From Patescibacteria group bacterium (GTDB taxonomy: Bacteria > Patescibacteriota > Patescibacteriia > Patescibacteriales > UBA12075): DNA of 64,000 nucleotides. The stretch covers positions 19,182-83,181 of the forward strand of contig JAHILH010000004.1 in the NCBI GenBank assembly GCA_018897195.1. Reading direction: 5' to 3'. Shown here piece by piece: positions 1 to 9,973 of the stretch (the first letter of the stretch is position 1; each line of letters begins with the position of its first letter). A program made the translations under genes and the position numbers. A model generated the notes under the pieces. That model was not told the DNA's origin. It worked only from the letters and a program-made list of their open reading frames with translations, and searched no databases.

Positions 1-80
1 TTGAAGTGCAGACTGGTAACTACATGGGCGAAGATGATATTATTCGTTATGAAGATATCTACAACCGAACTTCAAAATAA
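1..80 (+). CDS. 3' end (partial) of a mannose-6-phosphate isomerase type II / mannose-1-phosphate guanylyltransferase cupin domain
   Basis: The frame from nt 3 reads EVQTGNYMGEDDIIRYEDIYNRTSK*, matching the conserved IEVQxGxYLGEDDIxRxED C-terminus of the family. Not in the ORF track. Confidence 0.8.
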   Translation, partial: EVQTGNYMGEDDIIRYEDIYNRTSK

Positions 81-97
81 ATATAACTCAAGCAAAT

Positions 98-140
98 AAA
101 AAAGCTACTTTCAAATTTTGAAAGTAGCTTTATTTGTTTT
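98..140. terminator. Bidirectional intrinsic terminator
   Basis: 13-bp stem AAGCTACTTTCAA/TTGAAAGTAGCTT with A- and T-tracts, between convergent genes. Confidence 0.75.
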
Positions 141-142
141 TT

Positions 143-364
143 TCATTCAAATAACAAGAGATATTCTTCATTACATGAAAAGCCACACTTGCGCAAGGCT
201 GAGTGCAAAGCCTTCGTCTTAGTTTCTCCATGTCCAGAATAGTTTACTCCATTCTTGGTGGTGATACGACAGCATTGTGCATTGCTAAATTGAGGCGAGC
301 AACCGCTTAATCCCAGGATGGCGACCACGAGTATAAACAGATTAAATTTCCTGAGCATATCCAC
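143..364 (-). CDS. Small Cys-rich lipoprotein
   Basis: Signal peptide with lipobox LSG-C; upstream G-rich RBS and TTGACT-17-TATATA promoter (~421-449). Confidence 0.6.
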   Translation of the reverse strand: MDMLRKFNLFILVVAILGLSGCSPQFSNAQCCRITTKNGVNYSGHGETKTKALHSALRKCGFSCNEEYLLLFE

Positions 365-488
365 CCCCCTTTTTTTAAGTTATACTTCAAATGAACAAAC
401 CATTATATAAATAACCCTTATATATAGCACAAAGATTGGAAAAAGTCAATCCATTGTCTTGAGCACAACACCTTTAAATAATAATTAT

Positions 489-953
489 TTAATAGTGATA
501 ACTCTTCCCACTCTCTATCATTTGTGCCCGATAAATCTGCTCAACCAATATCAATCTTGCCATTTCATGCAGAAAAGTCATTTTAGACAAAGATAATTTA
601 ACATCCATTTTACTCAAAGTTTTACTTGAAAACCCTAGAGCACCGCCGATTATAAAAATAATTTCTTGATTAGTTTTATTTAAAAATTTTGAGAATTCCA
701 TTGATGAATATTCAGTCCCGCCCTCAGTTAAGCAAATAATTTTCTTGTCCTTATTTTTTTCAAGATAATCTAAAATTCTCTGATTCTCTTTCTCCTTCGC
801 CTGCTCGCGATTGGTTTCACCAAAAGCTTCAGGTGCCAACTCTACCACTTTAATTTTGGCGTATGGTTTTAAACGTTTCAAATACTCCGCCACCCCATCG
901 CGGTATATTTTTTCTTTTAATTTTCCGACAGCTAAAATCGTTATACTATACAT
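489..953 (-). CDS. rlmH: 23S rRNA (pseudouridine1915-N3)-methyltransferase
   Basis: AVGKLKE N-terminus, FIIGGALGF, LSLSKMTFLHEMARLILVEQIYRA...YH motifs. Confidence 0.95.
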   Translation of the reverse strand: MYSITILAVGKLKEKIYRDGVAEYLKRLKPYAKIKVVELAPEAFGETNREQAKEKENQRILDYLEKNKDKKIICLTEGGTEYSSMEFSKFLNKTNQEIIFIIGGALGFSSKTLSKMDVKLSLSKMTFLHEMARLILVEQIYRAQMIESGKSYHY

Positions 954-982
954 AGAAGTTAAAAATATTAAACACCACCGTT

Positions 983-1153
983 CTACCTCACCCCGTCCCC
1001 TTTATTATGAATTGGACGAGGATTACGTTAACCCTCTCCTGCAAAGGAGAGGGAGACTGCACTCGTCATGAATATTAATGGATAATTTATTTTTTTTAAA
1101 AAAAGAAGTTCTACAAGTTCCCTCGCCCCGCCGGGAGAGGGTTAGGGTGAGGG
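983..1153. repeat. Pair of GC-rich REP-like palindromes (CCCTCTCC-n-GGAGAGGG family); the first copy is interrupted by ~32 nt
   Basis: 983-999 plus 1032-1055 closely match the reverse complement of the 6149-6186 element; 1119-1153 is an oppositely oriented variant. Confidence 0.75.
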
Positions 1154-1158
1154 AGCCA

Positions 1159-2013
1159 TTAAATTTGCAATAACAGCGCTGCGCCAATCGCACCTGCCTC
1201 ACTGCCGAGTTTGCTCTTCAAAATATCAATCTTCTTTGCCTCCGGATTGCCAACAAATTCTCGCATAGTCTTTTTTAATTCCGGCAAAAACAATGGACTT
1301 GACTCCATTACACCACCACCGACGACAAAAACTTCCGGATCAATCGTGTTTACCACATTAGCCAAGGCAATACCTAAAATTTGGCCGACTTCTTCGTATG
1401 ACTTTATCGCAAAATCATCACCGTGATAAGCCTGGTCAGACAACTTCGCCGGACTGGCTTGCAATAATTTCATATAAGCATCTTCTAGGGAAATTTTTTC
1501 AGAAAAATTAACAATCATACTACAAATCTCACCAGCGCCATTTCTATGTCCGCGATAAATATCACCGTTTACCCACCAAGATGAGCCCACGCTCGTGCCC
1601 AAGGCCACGCCAAAAACATTGGTATGTTTTTTCGCCGCTCCCAACAAAACCTCAGCACGAACAAAACATTTACCATCATTATCCATCACCGATCGATAAC
1701 CCGTTTTCTCTTGAACTATTTGCGCCAACTTCACATTATTTAAAATATCCACATTCGGTGCTTGTACAATTTTTTGTTCATCAAAATCAACCAATCCAGC
1801 CACACTTAAACCAATGCCAACAATTTTACATCGATCTTTCTTTGCTTCCTCCTCCAAGGGCTCAATCAAGGCCTTAATCATGATTAATAAATGATCCAAG
1901 CTATCCTTTGGCGTTGCTAATGAAAGTCGTGACACCACTTTTTTGCCATCAAAAAGAACGGCCTTCATATTAGTACCACCAATGTCGACACCAATTGTAT
2001 AATCATTACTCAT
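1159..2013 (-). CDS. ROK family sugar kinase
   Basis: IGVDIGGT, MDNDG, LGTSVG, GAGE and AGAIGAA motifs; the CxCGxxGC zinc motif is absent. Confidence 0.9.
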   Translation of the reverse strand: MSNDYTIGVDIGGTNMKAVLFDGKKVVSRLSLATPKDSLDHLLIMIKALIEPLEEEAKKDRCKIVGIGLSVAGLVDFDEQKIVQAPNVDILNNVKLAQIVQEKTGYRSVMDNDGKCFVRAEVLLGAAKKHTNVFGVALGTSVGSSWWVNGDIYRGHRNGAGEICSMIVNFSEKISLEDAYMKLLQASPAKLSDQAYHGDDFAIKSYEEVGQILGIALANVVNTIDPEVFVVGGGVMESSPLFLPELKKTMREFVGNPEAKKIDILKSKLGSEAGAIGAALLLQI

Positions 2014-2030
2014 AAAATATAAATTAATTG

Positions 2031-3038
2031 TTATTTTTGATACAACTCCTTAGCCGCTTCCCAAATATCAGGATTATTCTGTATTTCTTTTTCCCAATAC
2101 CACCATTCAACGCCCCAAAGATAAAACTCGCTGAATCCCGTAGTTGAGGAGAACTCTATCATATCTTTAAATTTTTGTAAATTCATAGTCTTACTTCTTT
2201 CCTCTTCGCTCAAATTTTGAAACGGCTTCGGCCCCCAAGGCTCGCCCTGCATTTCAATCACGACCCACTTCTGCGGTTTAGCAAAAAAACTGGTCACATT
2301 TTTCTTAAAACGAAAAAATGCTGGTGTGATTGGATAATGAACATATCTTTCTAGCTTAGCCGAATAAGTATCTCGGTACATAGTCGTACCAAAGATATCG
2401 GCACGCTTAGCTGCCGGAACCCATAGGGACAGTTCTCCGGAATCAGTCACAATTACTGGACGTGAATCTAGTTTTTTTACCAAAGCAATTTCCTTGTCCA
2501 AGAAATTACTATCAAGAGGTGGACAAATGCCAAAATATTTCAAAAACGGTTCATTTTCTACCTGCCAAGCGGTTATGTTTTTATTTTCCTTATATCGCAA
2601 AATAGTTTTCTCCAAATAATCCAAGGTATATTTTTCCTTTTTATCTTTATCTAAATTATTCACCCATTCTGGATAATGACACTCTGGCCAGCGAGGCAGT
2701 CTCCCACCCATTGCTAAAACGATTTCCGCATTACGACTAGACGCTTCACTAATTTGCCAATCCAGGTCGTTCCAAGTATATTCTCCACCCTCAACTGATT
2801 GCAAATCATCCCAATAAGCCGACAGGCGCAATTTCTTAACACCCAATTCATCCAACATGGCAATATAGGTCTTTTTCCAATCCAGGCCTAGTGCCATTGC
2901 TTGTTTTTGAGAAAAAGTGACGCCATATTTTAATTCATTTCTCTTGGGAATATGGATTTGGCTCAAAGTAATAACTATCACCAACAGAAGAAAGAAGAAA
3001 AGAAAAAAATATTTTAATATTCTTAGAGATTTAAACAT
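2031..3038 (-). CDS. Membrane-anchored clan GH-A glycoside hydrolase (GH42/GH5-like)
   Basis: N-terminal TM helix, WQVENEP acid/base motif, IEMQGEPW nucleophile motif; start moved to MFKSLR (3038). Confidence 0.75.
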   Translation of the reverse strand: MFKSLRILKYFFLFFFLLLVIVITLSQIHIPKRNELKYGVTFSQKQAMALGLDWKKTYIAMLDELGVKKLRLSAYWDDLQSVEGGEYTWNDLDWQISEASSRNAEIVLAMGGRLPRWPECHYPEWVNNLDKDKKEKYTLDYLEKTILRYKENKNITAWQVENEPFLKYFGICPPLDSNFLDKEIALVKKLDSRPVIVTDSGELSLWVPAAKRADIFGTTMYRDTYSAKLERYVHYPITPAFFRFKKNVTSFFAKPQKWVVIEMQGEPWGPKPFQNLSEEERSKTMNLQKFKDMIEFSSTTGFSEFYLWGVEWWYWEKEIQNNPDIWEAAKELYQK

Positions 3039-3489
3039 AAAATATATCAAAAAAAGCACTATCTATCAAAGTTGTGCTAGAAGTAGCTGTATTTATTTGA
3101 TTACCGACAAAAATAGTAACGCCATAAGCTGCCAAGATTATCGCCAAACCAATCACGGCATTCTTAATTTGAGACAATGCTTCTTCTGTGACCTTATTAT
3201 CACCAGCCATCATGTATTTATAACCTGCTAATATAATTAAAATCACGAATATCAACCCCAATAACCCCAAAAATATTTTAACATATGAAACTATAATTTC
3301 TCGAACATCTTTATTAGGATTGGTCCCAAAGGCGGAATCAATCTGTCCGCTACCCGGAGCCATTCCTTCTTGATTATTAAGATTAAGCGGACCGGCGATT
3401 ACTTGATGAACATTAGACATAAAACTCATCTGAAATACTGCCATAACTAGCAATATTGCAAAACTTACAATTTTTTTGGATTTATTCAT
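3031..3489 (-). CDS. CPR-type pilin (TrbC/VirB2-like)
   Basis: Signal peptide plus two TM helices with ILAGYKYMMAGDN...IKNAVIGLAIILAAY pattern. Confidence 0.8.
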   Translation of the reverse strand: MNKSKKIVSFAILLVMAVFQMSFMSNVHQVIAGPLNLNNQEGMAPGSGQIDSAFGTNPNKDVREIIVSYVKIFLGLLGLIFVILIILAGYKYMMAGDNKVTEEALSQIKNAVIGLAIILAAYGVTIFVGNQINTATSSTTLIDSAFFDIFYV

Positions 3490-3556
3490 ATAATTTTGAT
3501 ATAATAATTATAACTTCTTATAATATACCATAAAATTAATTCTTTGAACATAAACT

Positions 3557-4999
3557 ATGCGCTTATCCACTAAAATTGCCTATAATACCATCATTCAAAT
3601 CGTCAGCAAGGTTATTTCTACCGCTTTAGCCTTGGCCGCCGTAGCAATCATCACCCGCCAACTTGGCCAAACGGGTTTTGGTGAATACACAACCGTGGTG
3701 ACCTATCTGTCTTTTTTTGCCATTGCCGCTGATTTAGGCCTAACCCTAATTACCGTTCAGATGATTAGCAAGCCCGATATTGACGAAGATTATGTCTTGG
3801 GCAATCTTTTTGGTCTCCGCCTAGTCTCCGCCCTGATCTTCTTAGCACCCGCTCCCCTGATCGCAGTTTTCTTTCCTTACAGTGCTGCCATGAAAATGGG
3901 CATCATCATCGCCTCTTTTTCTTTTTTATTTATTGCCCTCAATCAGGTTCTCGTTGGCGTTTTCCAAAAAAATCTCCGCATGGACAAAGTTTCCATCGCC
4001 GACATTGTCAGTCGCGTCTTCTTAGTTGTTGGCATTGTAATTGTGTACAAATTTAACTACGGGCTCTTGAGTATCCTCCTTGTCACATCTTTATCTAGTT
4101 TGGTGAATTTTATTTTTCACTTCTACTTTTCTCGCCAATTCACGATTATAAAACTGCGCTTCGATTTTCGCTTTTGGCAAGAAATAATGATCAAGTCCTG
4201 GCCACTCGCACTCACAATTACTCTCAATTTAATTTATTTAAAAACCGACACGCTACTTCTATCCATTGTCGACCGTCAGAGCGATATCGGCATCCTGGCC
4301 GAGGTTGGTTTATACGGCGCTGCTTACAAAGTTATTGACGTTCTGGTCACCCTACCGTTTATGTTCGCCGGCATCATCCTGCCCATCCTAACCCTGTCCT
4401 GGTCGCAGGGCAAAAAAGAAGAATTTAGCACTGTCCTGCAAAAATCCTTCAACGTCATGGCCATCATCGCTATTCCTGTAAGCCTAGGCACTCAACTCTT
4501 AGCCAAGGATATAATGACACTGGTTGCTGGCCCAGATTTTTCCGGCTCTGGAAAAATCTTGCAAATCCTAATCCTGGCTGCTGGCATGATCTTTTTGGGC
4601 AACATGCTTGCCCACGCTATTATCGCGATTGAAAAACAAAAAGCCGTCATCAAGGCATATCTTTTTACCGCTGTCACCTCCGTCATCGGCTATCTACTCC
4701 TCATCCCGCTCTATTCCTACTACGCCGCTGCCTGGGTAACGGTCTACTCCGAAAGTGTCATCGCCCTAGCCTCGATTTACATCATCTGGAAATACACCAG
4801 ATTTTTGCCCAATCTAAAAATAATCATCCAAACTGGCGCCGCCTCTTTATTAATGTGCGCTAGCATTTGGCTATTACATTTTTTCCAAATTAATAATTTA
4901 CTTATCGTGCTAACAGTCGCTATTCTTATTTACTTTTTCTTTTTATTTTTATTCAATGGACTAAATCGAAAAGAAATCATTGAGCTGTTAAAAAAATAA
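3557..4999 (+). CDS. Polysaccharide flippase (Wzx/MOP superfamily)
   Basis: Many TM helices; TRQLGQTGFGEY, ADLGL, KTDTLLLS, VGLYGAAYK motifs. Confidence 0.9.
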   Translation: MRLSTKIAYNTIIQIVSKVISTALALAAVAIITRQLGQTGFGEYTTVVTYLSFFAIAADLGLTLITVQMISKPDIDEDYVLGNLFGLRLVSALIFLAPAPLIAVFFPYSAAMKMGIIIASFSFLFIALNQVLVGVFQKNLRMDKVSIADIVSRVFLVVGIVIVYKFNYGLLSILLVTSLSSLVNFIFHFYFSRQFTIIKLRFDFRFWQEIMIKSWPLALTITLNLIYLKTDTLLLSIVDRQSDIGILAEVGLYGAAYKVIDVLVTLPFMFAGIILPILTLSWSQGKKEEFSTVLQKSFNVMAIIAIPVSLGTQLLAKDIMTLVAGPDFSGSGKILQILILAAGMIFLGNMLAHAIIAIEKQKAVIKAYLFTAVTSVIGYLLLIPLYSYYAAAWVTVYSESVIALASIYIIWKYTRFLPNLKIIIQTGAASLLMCASIWLLHFFQINNLLIVLTVAILIYFFFLFLFNGLNRKEIIELLKK

Positions 5000-5009
5000 A
5001 AATCAATTT

Positions 5010-6134
5010 ATGCAAATCCTTATTATAAATTCCTACTACAACATCAAACCTCTTTTTCCCATCTTTGAAGAGTTGAGCAATAAAGATCATAGCTTGTGCT
5101 TTCTTTCACATGATTCACGCTTGATCAAATTAGCGCTCGAAAAAAAATATCCAGCCCAAAAAATCCGCGCACATCAACAACCAGCAACTCTCCTAGCTAT
5201 TTTGCTAATTGTCTTTCTACCGCTTACTCTAGTTTACGGTTTTTTCGCAATTCTTTATTACAAGCTCAAAAAGAAAACAAACACGATTATTTATTTCAAT
5301 TGGTTTGAAAAAATTATCTACACTATCCCGGCTAAACTTTTAAAAATAAAAAATATTTGGCTCTTTTTACCAGAAACAGAAACCAATAATTTAAATATTG
5401 GCCTACAAAAAATTATCAAGCTTTCTTCTCAACTCGCCACTGTTATTGTTTTCAATCAAAAGACCAAAGACAAAATTAATAAACTCATTTCTTTAAAATC
5501 TGTAATCAAAGTCATTCCTCTTGGTATCAAAAATAATCACGAACGCCAAGAAAATATTTTTGAAGAACTTTCCAAAGCCGAACATGCCGAAGGGGCCAAA
5601 AAATATTTCACCATTGGGACCGCCGTTGAACTCAACAAAAATCAAAATATTGAAATGCTTTTTCATGCAATCGAAAAATGTATTTCTGTTTTACCAAACC
5701 TACAATTAATTATTATTGGCGACGGTGAAGAAAGAAAAACCCTCAGCTGGCTCGCCAAAAAAATGAATATCGAAAATATCACCTGGTTCGTGGGTGAACA
5801 AAAATTTCCGCGCAAATGGCTAGACAACTTCGACATCTTCGTTTCAACAAGCAGAGAACTCCATCTCGCCGACATTGAAATTACCCTAACCGCCATGAAA
5901 GCCAACCTGCCTATCATCGGTTTTTGGAATACCGGCATCGACGACCTAATCAGCACCAATAATAATGGCAAAATCATTGAAAAAGAAGACAGCGAACTCT
6001 TAGCTGACGAAATTATCAATCTCTATAAGCACAAAGTATTATGCCACAAACTCGGCGAAGCAGCCAAGTTTCAGGTTGACAAAAACTATAATCTTGATAC
6101 AATGGTAGATACCCTATTGGCGGTTTTAAAATAA
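5010..6134 (+). CDS. Glycosyltransferase family 4-like protein (degenerate)
   Basis: LIIIGDGEER, FDIFVSTS, TAMKANLPII C-terminal GT-B domain; the E-x7-E motif is degenerate. Confidence 0.75.
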   Translation: MQILIINSYYNIKPLFPIFEELSNKDHSLCFLSHDSRLIKLALEKKYPAQKIRAHQQPATLLAILLIVFLPLTLVYGFFAILYYKLKKKTNTIIYFNWFEKIIYTIPAKLLKIKNIWLFLPETETNNLNIGLQKIIKLSSQLATVIVFNQKTKDKINKLISLKSVIKVIPLGIKNNHERQENIFEELSKAEHAEGAKKYFTIGTAVELNKNQNIEMLFHAIEKCISVLPNLQLIIIGDGEERKTLSWLAKKMNIENITWFVGEQKFPRKWLDNFDIFVSTSRELHLADIEITLTAMKANLPIIGFWNTGIDDLISTNNNGKIIEKEDSELLADEIINLYKHKVLCHKLGEAAKFQVDKNYNLDTMVDTLLAVLK

Positions 6135-6148
6135 TATTATCATATTTT

Positions 6149-6186
6149 CTCCCTCTCCTTGCCAGGAGAGGGTCGGGGTGAGGTAG
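6149..6186. repeat. REP-like palindrome
   Basis: CTCCCTCTCCTTGCCAGGAGAGGGTCGGGGTGAGGTAG; identical copy at 7194-7231. Confidence 0.85.
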
Positions 6187-6197
6187 TGAATTACAAA

Positions 6198-7175
6198 ATG
6201 AACAAAATACTAGCAAAAATAGAAGATGAGAGCAAAAGACTAGACGTTTTCCTAGCTGAAAAGCTCGAAAATATCACTAGATCACAAATCCAAAAAATCA
6301 TCAAATCCGGCAACATCACCATCAATGATGTTGTTTATGATTCTCCGCACCACAAAGTCAAAGACAACGACCTGATTGTTGTTACCAGTATGGACAAAAA
6401 AAAGAAAGAAGTGGTGAAGAAGGTAGCCGAAGAAGGTGAAGAGCCAGTTTTTTTCACAATCAAAGACATTCCAATTATCGAAGAAAATGACGACTTTATT
6501 ATCATCAATAAGCCAGCCGGCCTCATCACGCACGGTGATGACCATATCATGGAAAAAACTTTAGCAGATTTATTATTAGAGAAATATCCGGAAATGAAGA
6601 AAGTTGGCGATGACCCACATCGTCCCGGCATCGTTCACCGTCTCGATAAGGAAGCGAGTGGCCTCATGGTCGTGGCACGCACCCAAGAAGCGTTTGAACA
6701 TCTCAAAGAACAATTCAAAAAACGCCGTACGAAAAAAATTTATATAACTCTTGTTCACGGCAAAACCGATAAAGACGAAGACACAATTAACTTCCCCATC
6801 GCCCGCAGTTCCAAAGGTTTCAAAATGGCGGCCAAGGCTTACACGGAAAAAGGCATAAAAAATACAGAAGGCAAACCAGCTGATACTGAATTTAATGTCC
6901 TGACTAGATTTGTTAATTACACCTTATTAAAAGTAAGAATCAAAACCGGCCGCACGCACCAAATACGCACTCACATGTCCGCCTACGGTCACCCGATTGT
7001 CGGCGACAAACTATACAGCACCCGCGTCGCTCGTGAGAAGAATAAGAAAATAAATTTAGGAAGAATTTTCCTAACAGCCGTGGAGCTAGAATTTAAAGAC
7101 CTACAAGGAGAGAAAAGAAATTTCCAGATTGAATTACCAAGTGAATTACAAGAACTATTGAAAGTAGTCAAATAA
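6198..7175 (+). CDS. rluD: RluA/RluD family pseudouridine synthase with S4 domain
   Basis: RLDVFL S4 domain, INKPAGL, catalytic HRLDKEASG, TGRTHQIR. ATG at 6198 is preferred because the TTG start lies inside the repeat. Confidence 0.9.
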   Translation: MNKILAKIEDESKRLDVFLAEKLENITRSQIQKIIKSGNITINDVVYDSPHHKVKDNDLIVVTSMDKKKKEVVKKVAEEGEEPVFFTIKDIPIIEENDDFIIINKPAGLITHGDDHIMEKTLADLLLEKYPEMKKVGDDPHRPGIVHRLDKEASGLMVVARTQEAFEHLKEQFKKRRTKKIYITLVHGKTDKDEDTINFPIARSSKGFKMAAKAYTEKGIKNTEGKPADTEFNVLTRFVNYTLLKVRIKTGRTHQIRTHMSAYGHPIVGDKLYSTRVAREKNKKINLGRIFLTAVELEFKDLQGEKRNFQIELPSELQELLKVVK

Positions 7176-7193
7176 AAAAATTATTCATTACAT

Positions 7194-7316
7194 CTCCCTC
7201 TCCTTGCCAGGAGAGGGTCGGGGTGAGGTAGTATTCCGTGCACAAAATTAACCACACACGACAAATCATCTTCCGACGCCCCCTCACCCCAGCCCTCTCC
7301 AGCCGTGGCGAGGGAG
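7194..7316. repeat. Inverted doublet of REP-like palindromes
   Basis: 7194-7231 is identical to 6149-6186; 7281-7316 is an oppositely oriented variant. Confidence 0.8.
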
Positions 7317-7340
7317 TATTAATAGCCATCTTATATCTAT

Positions 7341-7907
7341 ATGCAAAATAACCTATACATAATCTCCGGTCCTTCCGGTGCCGGCGAAGACAGCATCATC
7401 AACGGCCTCAAAGAATTATTTCCCGTTGAAGTTGTCATTACTACCACCACCCGCTCCATGCGCCCCGGCGAATCACAAGGCCAACCATATTATTTTATCA
7501 TCAAAGAAGAATTTCAAAAAAATATCGCTGCCAATAAATTCTTCGAATGGGCGCAACAATACAACGACAATCTCTACGGCGTTACCTTCGAAGAAATCGA
7601 ACGCGTCAAAAATTCCGGCAAAGTCGGCCTTTGGAAAATCGAATACAAGGGCGTTATGACTGCCAAAAAATTAATGCCAGAGGTGCCAGCCATCTTCATC
7701 AATGCCCCCCTGGATCAACTAGAAGAAAGAATCCGCCGACGCGATAATGTCACCGAAGAATTCATCCAAGAAAGAATCGCCTACACCAAAGAATGGCTTG
7801 AACACACCGATATTTATGATTATGAAGTAATAAATGAGAACGGAAAATTGGCTGAATCCATTAAGCAGGTTGCTCAATTTATCAAAACAAAAAAGACTGA
7901 TTACTAA
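7341..7907 (+). CDS. gmk: Guanylate kinase
   Basis: ISGPSGAG, TTTRSMRPGE..G..YYF, YG motifs; P-loop Lys replaced by Glu. Confidence 0.88.
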   Translation: MQNNLYIISGPSGAGEDSIINGLKELFPVEVVITTTTRSMRPGESQGQPYYFIIKEEFQKNIAANKFFEWAQQYNDNLYGVTFEEIERVKNSGKVGLWKIEYKGVMTAKKLMPEVPAIFINAPLDQLEERIRRRDNVTEEFIQERIAYTKEWLEHTDIYDYEVINENGKLAESIKQVAQFIKTKKTDY

Positions 7908-7921
7908 ATCAGTCTTTTTTT
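7889..7921. terminator. Bidirectional intrinsic terminator
   Basis: AAAAAAGACTGATT-acta-AATCAGTCTTTTTT between convergent gmk and helicase. Confidence 0.8.
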
Positions 7922-7936
7922 ATATAGTTCTTAATT

Positions 7937-9361
7937 TTATCTATTACCAAACCCACCACCTCTCGGCTTAAATTTGCGTACCGCGCCACCAAAGGACTTA
8001 CCTCTCGCCTCACCGCCTGCTTCTCTGGGTTTGTTAAAATTACCAGTCGCCGCTCTCGGCTCTCTGGTTTTATTAAAACCACCACCGGCACTAGCACCCT
8101 CTTTCGGCTTATTAAAATTTCCGACCTTCTTCTCACCACCTTGTGAACCGCCACGGTTAAATGAACCGCGACCACCATTCACGCCCGAAGAGCGTCGGTT
8201 ACGGCTTGGCTTTTGTTCCTTGGGTGGATTCTGAATTAGTCTTTCTAATTCAACCAAGGGAATGTTTTTTTGAATAATTTTTTCAATTGAACGAATCGCT
8301 GCAATCTGTCTCGGGGTTGCGAATGAAATCGCTCGTCCCGCCTTACCAGCCCGACCGGTTCGACCGATACGGTGAATGTAGTCAGCTGAGTCATCAGGTA
8401 AGTCATAATTAATAACTAACTCGATACCTTTGACATCAATACCACGAGCCGCAATGTCAGTTGCTACCAACACGCGAAATTTGCCGTCTTTGAAACCTTG
8501 TAAAGCCATCTTGCGCTGTCCTAATGAACGGTTGGAATGAATCTCGGATGAAGTATGGCCCATCACCATAATCTTCTTACTCAAATCACTTACGCCACGC
8601 TTAGTTCGCGCAAACACTAACACAGTCCCCTTATATTCATTTAATATTTTCGCTAATTGCTTAGCCCGATCTTCCGCATTCAAAACAATCATCTCTTGAA
8701 TCACGCTCTCCGCTGGTGTTCCCGCTGGCGCCACCTCAATCCGCAACGGTAATTTCATACATTTCGTGGCGATCTTAATTACTTCCGGAGCCATCGTTGC
8801 TGAAAACAGCAAAGTCTGACGATCAGTCGGCACGGCTTTCAATATTTCATTAACCTGTGGCGCAAATCCCATGTCAAACATTAAATCTGCTTCATCCATC
8901 ACTAACATCCGCACCTTGTCCAATTTCACTGACTTTCTTTTAATATGATCAATCAAACGACCAGGAGTCGCGATAATAATATGCGGGTTACCACGCAAAG
9001 CGGTAATCTGGCGGAAAATTGGTGCACCTCCAATCAAAACCGCGGTTTTAATTCCAAGACTACGACCAATGCCCAATAAAGCTTCTTCAACCTGAAGCGC
9101 TAGCTCGCGGGTTGGCAAAATAATTAAGCCATTACCTCTATTCATCAAAACACGTTGTAACATCGGCACACCAAAGGCCAAGGTCTTACCCGTTCCCGTC
9201 TGTGCAATGCCCACGATATCTTTTTCAGTAATAATTACCGGAATCGATTTCAACTGAATAGGGGTTGGTATCTTAAATTCCATTTTATTAAGGACTTCTA
9301 AAATCCTCAAATCAATCCCAAGGGTATCAAAACCCTGAGACACTTCTTTGTTCTCTGTCAT
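7937..9361 (-). CDS. DEAD-box ATP-dependent RNA helicase
   Basis: Q motif, AQTGTGKT, PTRELA, DEAD, SAT, ARGID, HRIGRTGR; Gly/Arg-rich tail. Confidence 0.95.
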   Translation of the reverse strand: MTENKEVSQGFDTLGIDLRILEVLNKMEFKIPTPIQLKSIPVIITEKDIVGIAQTGTGKTLAFGVPMLQRVLMNRGNGLIILPTRELALQVEEALLGIGRSLGIKTAVLIGGAPIFRQITALRGNPHIIIATPGRLIDHIKRKSVKLDKVRMLVMDEADLMFDMGFAPQVNEILKAVPTDRQTLLFSATMAPEVIKIATKCMKLPLRIEVAPAGTPAESVIQEMIVLNAEDRAKQLAKILNEYKGTVLVFARTKRGVSDLSKKIMVMGHTSSEIHSNRSLGQRKMALQGFKDGKFRVLVATDIAARGIDVKGIELVINYDLPDDSADYIHRIGRTGRAGKAGRAISFATPRQIAAIRSIEKIIQKNIPLVELERLIQNPPKEQKPSRNRRSSGVNGGRGSFNRGGSQGGEKKVGNFNKPKEGASAGGGFNKTREPRAATGNFNKPREAGGEARGKSFGGAVRKFKPRGGGFGNR

Positions 9362-9587
9362 TCATTTAGTGACCCGACGCTTAATAAACAGGCACTAATG
9401 TGACAAAATAAGTTCGAGTTCAATATATATTTAGATTAGACATTTATTCTAGCACAGAATGGATTATTTGTAAAGAGGCTGGAAATCTAAGTCATCATTG
9501 ACAGCTGTTTTTCTTCGTGCTAAAAATACATCATAAAATAAAAGTTCAAAATCATCTAAACAAATAAAAAGCAAAAAGGAGGAAAAT

Positions 9588-9872
9588 ATGACCGCTCGAG
9601 AGTCTATTGCAGCTACACCGCTGATTGCCGTATTCATCGTTAGCATTATTATGCTAATTCATTCATGGTGGAAATATTTTTCACTCGAAAATCAAGACTT
9701 GCTATTGTCACCCAATAGCCAAGAAGCACTTACTATTGCAGACCCGATTGCCAAAACGTTAACAGCTGGCGCATTACTGCTAATCACAGCTGTAATATTT
9801 TTCAAAAACCAATCACAAAATAACGATCATAATGAATTAAGTTTTATTACGAGACAAAAAAAATTAAAATAA
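9588..9872 (+). CDS. Hypothetical small membrane protein
   Basis: AGGAGG RBS, TTGACA promoter at ~9498, two hydrophobic segments, downstream hairpin. Confidence 0.6.
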   Translation: MTARESIAATPLIAVFIVSIIMLIHSWWKYFSLENQDLLLSPNSQEALTIADPIAKTLTAGALLLITAVIFFKNQSQNNDHNELSFITRQKKLK

Positions 9873-9973
9873 ACACTCGCCTTCCTTCACATTAAATGAA
9901 GGAGGGCATTTTTTTTACCAACAAAAAAGCGTTCGCATTGGCGAACGCTTTTCATCTTTAAAGAAAATATTTC

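Noticed and set aside
6159..6197. N-terminal extension MPGEGRGEV of the RluA protein
   Set aside because: It is a translation of the REP-like palindrome; the ATG at 6198 is more plausible.
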